A stretch of DNA of 24,296 nucleotides from a virus. The DNA lies in the IMG/VR virus record IMGVR_UViG_3300037245_003526, positions 1 to 24,296 of that record, one strand, 5' to 3'. The translations under genes were made by a program, and so were the position numbers. The notes below the pieces were generated by a model that did no database searches, was not told the DNA's origin, and was given only the letters and a program-made list of their open reading frames with translations. Positions within the stretch are counted from its first letter, which is position 1. Every line of letters starts with the position of its first letter. Positions 18,821-23,897 of the stretch are shown in pieces.

Positions 18821-18910
18821 AGAATTCCTTCCTTTTTGTGGAAATTTCGTATTCCATTATAAACCAAGTTGTTATATATATTCATTTATGAGTAAAACTC
18901 TTCGAGAAGA

Positions 18911-18945
18911 GTAGTGCGACTAAGAACTCATCCTAGTCGCACTAC
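18911..18945 (-). terminator. GC-rich 12-bp perfect hairpin, probable terminator of the DUF932-like gene
   Basis: GTAGTGCGACTA-(11 nt)-TAGTCGCACTAC lies 25 nt after the stop at 18970. On the minus strand it is followed by TCTTCTCGAAGAGTTTTA, which itself contains the 14-bp palindrome CTCTTCGAGAAGAG (18898-18911). The T tract is weak. Confidence 0.45.
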
Positions 18946-18969
18946 CGGGTTATCTACTATAAATATTAA

Positions 18970-20121
18970 CTATCCATTTATAGCAGCGAGGGCATTTATC
19001 ATTTGCTCAGGAATGACCAACACACGCTCAACAACATCTTCCAGGATTGTCTTTGCATTTATGTTTTTCTCAAGGGTTGTGAATTTTGCAAGAGCATTAA
19101 ACAAACCCCAGCTGGTAATATTTGCACGCTGTCCTTCTTCTCCAAACGCTTCTGTAATAATAACAGAAATATCTTCACGTCTTTTCTTCCCAGCTTTCTT
19201 TTCGATAAGGTCCAGAAGTTTCATCATATCATCTTCAGTAACAGGACTTTGAATATTCGCAGTAATCATGTCACCAATATTCTGTGTGAAAACAGTAACA
19301 TATTCACCCATTGCTGAACTCAAAATAGTGGAGGCACCTTCGATGTGAATCTGACGAATGTAACCAAGTTTGTTCTTTGAACCGAATCTTACATCCCCAT
19401 CATCACCGCTACTGAAATACATCCCGAATGTAATATCCGCTGCCTTGGTTCCGTCATAACTATTTCTGACACTTATCATCGGAAATACATCTCCAACCTG
19501 GGCAACGTTCTGGGCATTTGAAATAATTATTTCATGTCTCATTGTGGCAAAATTTGCGGAGAGATAGTTCTCTTCACTAAATACCGGAGAACCAACTTCG
19601 GATAAAGACTCCTTTATTCTGTCAATCAGAGCAGCATTACCCTCAAACTTATAAAAATTGGATATTGGACCAACATATTTCCATACAGAATCAGCTGCAA
19701 TACTCTTTGTAAATATTGCAATATGAGGAATAAGGGTATCTGCTATTGGGTTATGTTCCCCACCCATTGTTACAAGATTCATATAAGCAACTTCACTGCG
19801 GGTATCAACATAATGAAAACAACCAGGAGATAATGTAACCAAACCCATATCAGTTGCTCTATCTGCAAAGTCCTTACGTACAGGATCTGCTGGTGCTTCC
19901 TGGGTATCTTCCCCGGCGTCTGTATCATCAGTTGTGTCAGTTGCTTCAGTTGCTTCAGGAGTAAGATCTCCCTCAGTCTCAGATCCGATATCATTAGCTG
20001 CAAGAGCTTCCTCAAGATTTTCAAGATTTTCAATATCAAGATCACCATTTGCTGCTACGTCTGTGTCTACATTTTCTGTACCTTCAGTTGCTACGTTTTC
20101 TGCTGCATTTTGATCAATCAT
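18970..20121 (-). CDS. DUF932/DUF945-like (phage/plasmid-like) protein with an ~80-aa acidic low-complexity N-terminal extension
   Basis: 383 aa. VRNSYDGTKAADITFG resembles the conserved NSHDGS..A core of the DUF932 family. The N-terminus is D/E/T-rich (TEATEATDTTDDTDAGEDTQEA). GC content is visibly higher than in neighbouring genes. Confidence 0.6.
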   Translation of the reverse strand: MIDQNAAENVATEGTENVDTDVAANGDLDIENLENLEEALAANDIGSETEGDLTPEATEATDTTDDTDAGEDTQEAPADPVRKDFADRATDMGLVTLSPGCFHYVDTRSEVAYMNLVTMGGEHNPIADTLIPHIAIFTKSIAADSVWKYVGPISNFYKFEGNAALIDRIKESLSEVGSPVFSEENYLSANFATMRHEIIISNAQNVAQVGDVFPMISVRNSYDGTKAADITFGMYFSSGDDGDVRFGSKNKLGYIRQIHIEGASTILSSAMGEYVTVFTQNIGDMITANIQSPVTEDDMMKLLDLIEKKAGKKRREDISVIITEAFGEEGQRANITSWGLFNALAKFTTLEKNINAKTILEDVVERVLVIPEQMINALAAING

Positions 20122-20201
20122 TTTTTTTCCTTTCAGATTTCATTTAAGTTAATTAATTAATTACTTCCTTTCGTTACTTCTCTAAAAAATTTACTACCTT
20201 T

Positions 20202-20576
20202 CTAATACCCTCCTTCTCCCTTAATAATTGTTATATTTTCAGGTACACTTCCTTCCTCTATTCCCTCATGACAAAGTGTAATCTCTGCACCTCCTCCTCC
20301 ATCACCTTCATCTGATGCTTGGAAGATTAATACTGTACCACCTCCTTCAATAATTTGTTTACATTGTTCATATTCTTCATTTTTATCAAAATAGTTTTCT
20401 TTCCATAATTCATCAAGCTGAGTAATAGTTTTTGCAACTTCTGAACCATGATCACTATATTCTACTTCATATACTGTAGTAATTGTTATAGGAACACTTT
20501 TAGCATTAGGATCCTTAATACCTAAAATAAATGAAGCACTTGATGAATTAGTTACAAAGTCTCCCTTGATTTTCAT
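20202..20576 (-). CDS. small acidic protein, TNSSS-leader paralog 1 (MKIKGDFVTNSSSASF...)
   Basis: 124-aa ORF. The GGAGGG SD lies inside the end of the upstream lipoprotein gene. The N-terminal 16 aa are shared with the 21809..22198 and 23525..23884 products. Confidence 0.8.
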   Translation of the reverse strand: MKIKGDFVTNSSSASFILGIKDPNAKSVPITITTVYEVEYSDHGSEVAKTITQLDELWKENYFDKNEEYEQCKQIIEGGGTVLIFQASDEGDGGGGAEITLCHEGIEEGSVPENITIIKGEGGY

Positions 20577-20579
20577 TTA

Positions 20580-21164
20580 TCACCCTCCACAAGATATAGA
20601 TTTATAATCACCCCATTCATCTTCTACTGCTACATAATAAAGTTTTCTACCAATATAAAGTATAACCTTACTATCACCTTCTTTCCTTTCACAGTCCAAT
20701 AATAAATCATTTGAAAATTTAAATGATTCAAACTCATCTGATTGATCCCCACTTGAAGGAGCCGTATAATTATCAGTACCTATCAAACGAGCATACCATT
20801 CAGGGTCCAACTTATCAAACTTGGCACCATCATATGTTTTAATATTACTTTCAGCAGTATATGAATGGGTAAGTACAGTATCATTTGTAGATATAATTAT
20901 ATCCTTAATATCTATAAATGCCATAGCTGATTCTGATGGTTTAACTTTTCTCTGTCTTATTGCTTCTCTAACAAAATTTAGACGATCAGTTCTACCACTA
21001 CCCTTTGAATATCCCCATACATCAGCACATTTATCATATAATATTTTTTCTTTCATTGTCATTTTTTCAAAGGTTAGATTATACTTTTCCTCACCTTCAA
21101 TAGAATCACATCCAGTAAATAATAACAACAACATAAGGGGAATAAAAAGCATTATGTATTTCAT
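20580..21164 (-). CDS. putative lipoprotein
   Basis: 194 aa. The N-terminus MKYIMLFIPLMLLLLFTGCDS gives a signal peptide plus lipobox (FTG|C). Confidence 0.75.
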   Translation of the reverse strand: MKYIMLFIPLMLLLLFTGCDSIEGEEKYNLTFEKMTMKEKILYDKCADVWGYSKGSGRTDRLNFVREAIRQRKVKPSESAMAFIDIKDIIISTNDTVLTHSYTAESNIKTYDGAKFDKLDPEWYARLIGTDNYTAPSSGDQSDEFESFKFSNDLLLDCERKEGDSKVILYIGRKLYYVAVEDEWGDYKSISCGG

Positions 21165-21191
21165 AAATCATTTCCTTTCACTTTTCAAGGT

Positions 21192-21809
21192 TTATTTAAT
21201 TCTTTCAGCAATAAATCTAAGATAAATATCTCTACCATCAAATTCAAAATTTTCATCAAGATGCATTAATCTAAATCTTCCTTCATAGGTAAAGAAAAAG
21301 TTAGCTCGTTCTTTTGTCCATATTGAAGCATGTGGGCAAGATGGTTCATTAAGGAGTTCATAGGTGAGAGTTATGTTATGCTTTAAAAAATCAATATCTA
21401 ATACTTTCTCATTTAAAAGCATGTTTGCTAAAATTTTATAATTAGGAACAATTATATCAAGTATCCCTCCTATTTTTAAAGCAGTACTCATTTGATAGAT
21501 AGCAGATAAGACATCACTCTCAGGGATATGTTCAAGAAATCTATATGCAACTATCTTATCAACTTGAAAATTAATTCCATTTAAAACTTTAAACACATCA
21601 TCATCAAGATATATAATTCTGCTTTTATCTCTTGGTTCATCCTCTATTGACCATCTAGTTACCATATCCCTAAGATCTGCTAATCTTTCCCCAGTAAAAT
21701 AACCAGTATCAATATTAATAAGAAAATATGGATTCTTCAACTCCAAAGGTAATAGTTTACCTGCTCCTAAATTTAAAATAACTTCTTCTCTCATTCTACC
21801 CCCTTTCAT
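21192..21809 (-). CDS. class I SAM-dependent methyltransferase (substrate unknown)
   Basis: VILNLGAG (motif I), INID (acidic end of beta-2), DKIVAYRFLEHI and LKIGGILDIIVPN match the Methyltransf_11/23-type fold. No DPPY/NPPY or PCQ/ENV DNA-methyltransferase motifs were seen. The first ATG overlaps the upstream stop (TAATG). An alternative start at 21794 (MREEV) follows AAGGGGG. Confidence 0.75.
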   Translation of the reverse strand: MKGGRMREEVILNLGAGKLLPLELKNPYFLINIDTGYFTGERLADLRDMVTRWSIEDEPRDKSRIIYLDDDVFKVLNGINFQVDKIVAYRFLEHIPESDVLSAIYQMSTALKIGGILDIIVPNYKILANMLLNEKVLDIDFLKHNITLTYELLNEPSCPHASIWTKERANFFFTYEGRFRLMHLDENFEFDGRDIYLRFIAERIK

Positions 21810-22198
21810 TAACCATTATAACCACAATATGTTTGAGATGTTACTTCATCAATTGTTATGATAATTCCTTTTTCCTTTAGTTGTTTTACCACTCTTTCTT
21901 TTAACTGAGAAACAGTTTCATCATCCTTCATTTGAAAAGGGGATATTCCAATTTGAATACAATCACCATCATAATCATGATAATTAATTAGATCATTTCC
22001 CTTGCATACTAATTCTCCCAATTCATACATTTCTAGAGTCTCAGTAGTTAAGGCAGGATTTTCCGGATTGTCTTCGTTATGAAGAATAACCAATTCTTTA
22101 TCATATTCTTTTTTAAATTGGTAATCCTCCTTCAATATACCCCACGCTACAAAAGATGTAGATGAACTATTTGTTACAAAATCTGCTTTTAATTTCAT
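21809..22198 (-). CDS. small acidic protein, TNSSS-leader paralog 2 (MKLKADFVTNSSSTSF...)
   Basis: The ORF track starts at 22213 (MKGNNMKLK...). I place the start at 22198 because AAAGGA lies 6 nt upstream and the two paralogs start exactly at MK.K.DF. Confidence 0.8.
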   Translation of the reverse strand: MKLKADFVTNSSSTSFVAWGILKEDYQFKKEYDKELVILHNEDNPENPALTTETLEMYELGELVCKGNDLINYHDYDGDCIQIGISPFQMKDDETVSQLKERVVKQLKEKGIIITIDEVTSQTYCGYNG

Positions 22199-22238
22199 AT
22201 TATTTCCTTTCATTTTTTTAGTAAATAGACGGAATAAT

Positions 22239-22268
22239 GGGGGCAGATCCTAGCCTGGACCCACCCCC
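22239..22268 (-). other. GC-rich RNA hairpin between tRNA-Ile and the next ORF
   Basis: The minus strand reads GGGGGTGGGTCC-AGGCTA-GGATCTGCCCCC, a 12-bp stem including 3 G:U pairs. Those pairs become A/C mismatches on the plus strand, so the fold is strand-specific. No clear U tract follows (AUUAUUCC). Confidence 0.6.
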
Positions 22269-22279
22269 TCTCTTAGTAT

Positions 22280-22352
22280 TCATAACAATGGGAATCGAAC
22301 CCATGTTCTCATGTTTATCAGACATGTGCTTAACCAATTAAGCTATGTTATA
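22280..22352 (-). tRNA. tRNA-Ile (anticodon GAT)
   Basis: Cloverleaf drawn by eye. Acceptor TATAACA/TGTTATG (U1:G72 wobble), D-arm GCTT-AATTGGTT-AAGC, anticodon arm CATGT-CTGATAA-ACATG, variable AGAAC, T-arm ATGGG-TTCGATT-CCCAT, discriminator A. CCA is not encoded. Confidence 0.9.
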
Positions 22353-22353
22353 T

Positions 22354-22461
22354 TGGTGCAGTTACGTTAATAACCGCAGGGTTACATCAAAAATGCTTTT
22401 CATTGAGTACCAATCTAAATATGACAAATATCCCTTTGCTCTACCGCTGAGCTACACGCCA
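22354..22461 (-). ncRNA. tRNA-like RNA: canonical tRNA 5' acceptor strand and D-arm, then non-tRNA sequence ending in a 7-bp hairpin plus ACCA
   Basis: The minus strand from 22461 reads TGGCGTG TA GCTC AGCGGTA GAGC A AAGGG... No T-arm and no matching acceptor 3' strand follow. The RNA ends GCGGTTA-TTAACG-TAACTGC-ACCA (22377->22354), 1 nt before the tRNA-Ile 5' end. Confidence 0.5.
22402..22413. repeat. direct repeat copy 1 (ATTGAGTACCAA)
   Basis: 11/12 identical to 22554-22565. On the minus strand it contains a D-loop-like TTGGTAC box that starts exactly 60 nt before the encoded CCA end at 22354. Confidence 0.7.
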
Positions 22462-22471
22462 GTAATTAAAA

Positions 22472-22499
22472 AATTATATAAACTTTAATTTATATAATT
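22472..22499 (-). other. A/T-only perfect 11-bp hairpin in the linker between tRNA 3' and 5' fragments
   Basis: AATTATATAAA-(6 nt)-TTTATATAATT. On the minus strand it is followed by TTTTAATTAC and then the acceptor 5' strand. Confidence 0.7.
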
Positions 22500-22505
22500 A
22501 TGTAA

Positions 22506-22533
22506 TGGCTGGCGTGACGGGATTTGAACCCGT
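22506..22533 (-). ncRNA. tRNA 3' fragment: T-arm, acceptor 3' strand, discriminator G and encoded CCA
   Basis: The minus strand reads ACGGG-TTCAAAT-CCCGT CACGCCA G CCA. No complementary acceptor 5' strand or D-arm lies upstream of it. Its complement, TGGCGTG, lies 44 nt downstream instead. Confidence 0.6.
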
Positions 22534-22553
22534 GCATAGAGAAAAATTATATG

Positions 22554-22565
22554 ATTAAGTACCAA
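22554..22565. repeat. direct repeat copy 2 (ATTAAGTACCAA)
   Basis: 11/12 identical to 22402-22413, offset 152 bp. The minus-strand TTGGTAC box starts exactly 60 nt before the encoded CCA end at 22506. Confidence 0.7.
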
Positions 22566-22634
22566 CTATTGGGCAACAATGCATTTATAAGCTTGTTGGT
22601 TCGTAATTTAAAATAAGGATAATCTATCTGTGGA

Positions 22635-22652
22635 TCCAACATAATTGTTGGA
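22635..22652 (-). other. 7-bp perfect hairpin (TCCAACA-TAAT-TGTTGGA) in the non-coding leader upstream of the tRNA fragments
   Basis: Exact inverted repeat. It is enclosed by a longer-range complementary pair TTGGTTC (22596-22602) / GAACCAA (22684-22690). Each of those heptamers sits next to a copy of TATAAGCTTG. Confidence 0.5.
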
Positions 22653-22721
22653 CAGAAATAATGAGGAATATAAGTATAAGCTTGAACCAATTTCAATAAT
22701 ATGTTCTCATCAATTAAGTAA

Positions 22722-23510
22722 TTATCCCTTAATTGCGCCATGTATGTAACTAAATATTTCTTTACCAACCTGACGAGATTCAACTTCAGTTCCATTTGCT
22801 CTTTGCCTTGACCTCTTTATTGCTCGAGCAAGTTTATCAATCCTGGCAAGAATTGCTGATTTCTGAGATGGGGAAACCATACCGCACCATCTGTGTGTTG
22901 AATATTCACCAATTGCACTATTCTCAACCCACTCTTTTATCTGGGCAGGATGATGATCAGTGGCATCGTACATAACCTTACTTTGCTGAGTTTTTTCAGT
23001 TTTCTGATCCTTAACCATATTATCATCCTGAAATACTCCTTCACCAATATCAGGAGCTTCTACCCATTTTATTCCAGGAGGAAGTGTAGGAATCTTGCTA
23101 TAAACATCCCTGAGTGTACTCAACTCATACTCCATTTCAAGAAGAAATGTAACTGGAACATTTTCTGCTATTGTAATTCCATCCACAGCTATGTCCGATT
23201 TAGCAAGACAGTTTCCACTTTCCTTTTGAAGCTTGGCATCCCAGAATTTTATGAAGCTCTCGGACATATAGTCAAGTTTATCCTGAACTGTTGTGGTGAT
23301 TTCCTGATGTTCTTCAGTATTCTCTTTTTGTCTGGCATCATCAAACATCCTTAAACTACGATGCTGACCATGAAAATGAGAGACTCTCTTTAAAAATGTT
23401 TGCTCAGTCTCAGTTTTGATTTTTTCTTTTGCTCCTTTGAGACTTCCTACCACTGCCAAAATTTCGTGTAAAACTGGTTTTTTCTTAGACATTTTAAATT
23501 TTCCTTTCAT
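22722..23510 (-). CDS. hypothetical protein (262 aa), higher GC than neighbours
   Basis: Uninterrupted ORF. The first ATG has no SD. An alternative start at 23492 (MSKKKP) lies 9 nt after AAAGGA. No motif I can name. Confidence 0.75.
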   Translation of the reverse strand: MKGKFKMSKKKPVLHEILAVVGSLKGAKEKIKTETEQTFLKRVSHFHGQHRSLRMFDDARQKENTEEHQEITTTVQDKLDYMSESFIKFWDAKLQKESGNCLAKSDIAVDGITIAENVPVTFLLEMEYELSTLRDVYSKIPTLPPGIKWVEAPDIGEGVFQDDNMVKDQKTEKTQQSKVMYDATDHHPAQIKEWVENSAIGEYSTHRWCGMVSPSQKSAILARIDKLARAIKRSRQRANGTEVESRQVGKEIFSYIHGAIKG

Positions 23511-23524
23511 TAAATTAAAGTTGA

Positions 23525-23884
23525 TTAATCATGCTGAATTTCTATTCCTACTACTTTAAAACCATAAGCATCTTGATATTCAGATACAAAAGTATCAAGA
23601 GCTAGATACTTCATATAATCTGGTATATCTTCATAACCATTGTACATGGACGTCCATTCCTCTATAATAAAAGTATTTGGTTTTGAGTCCTCTTTAATAT
23701 CTGATCCATCCCAAAACCTCATATTTTTAGAAAATCCATGCCAATTATCGTTACCCTTAAACCATTCAATAAACTTACCGAATTGGTTTTTAAACTCTTC
23801 AATACCCGTATCTTCTTTTGTCTCCACTGTTAAAACAAAAGATGCAGAAGAACTATTTGTAATGAAGTCTGCTTTTGCTTTCAT
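23525..23884 (-). CDS. small acidic protein, TNSSS-leader paralog 3 (MKAKADFITNSSSASF...)
   Basis: 119-aa ORF with a strong AAGGAGGGAGGTG SD. Shares its N-terminal 16 aa with the other two paralogs. Confidence 0.8.
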   Translation of the reverse strand: MKAKADFITNSSSASFVLTVETKEDTGIEEFKNQFGKFIEWFKGNDNWHGFSKNMRFWDGSDIKEDSKPNTFIIEEWTSMYNGYEDIPDYMKYLALDTFVSEYQDAYGFKVVGIEIQHD

Positions 23885-23897
23885 ATCACCTCCCTCC

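Noticed and set aside
14445-20048. Antisense or out-of-frame ORFs 14445..14693, 16164..16349, 17002..17202, 18681..18914, 18914..19252, 19003..19317 and 19779..20048
   Set aside because: They are nested within or opposite supported genes (410-aa ORF, ligase, 480-aa ORF, DUF932-like gene). No SD is present. 19779..20048 is an alternative frame of the acidic repeat region.
22239-22280. HDV-like (theta-type) ribozyme immediately 3' of tRNA-Ile, as reported downstream of tRNAs in gut phages
   Set aside because: I could not place the nested double pseudoknot. No P1.1 GG follows the putative P1 3' strand, no P2 partner lies downstream, and there is no J4/2 with a catalytic C. The sequence is fully explained by a simple 12-bp hairpin. 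A covariance-model search would be needed to be certain.
22354-22540. Two-piece (permuted) tmRNA gene
   Set aside because: The gene order fits. However, the split acceptor stem has U1-A72, G3-C70 and discriminator G (not alanine identity). The 5' piece has a full canonical D-arm, unlike tmRNA. No pseudoknots or plausible tag reading frame are visible. The only small ORF (MKSIFDVTLRLLT*, 22403->22362) does not end in a typical hydrophobic degradation tag.
22506-22540. tRNA 3' fragment as a phage attP core for integration into a host tRNA gene
   Set aside because: No integrase is present in the window. An attP core would not explain the perfectly matching acceptor 5' strand and D-arm 44 nt downstream. 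It is kept only as an alternative within the permuted-tRNA finding.
22354-22721. Permuted group I intron-exon arrangement flanking the tRNA halves
   Set aside because: The flanks (about 180 nt upstream, about 70 nt downstream) sum to a group-I-like size. However, I could not recognise any conserved core (P4/P7, G-binding site) in this AT-rich sequence, so it is not claimed. It is testable with Rfam intron models.
22547-22795. 82-aa minus-strand ORF covering the non-coding leader upstream of the tRNA fragments
   Set aside because: It starts inside the 262-aa gene in another frame, runs through hairpins and repeats, ends a few nt before the tRNA T-arm fragment, and has no SD. The region is more plausibly structured RNA.
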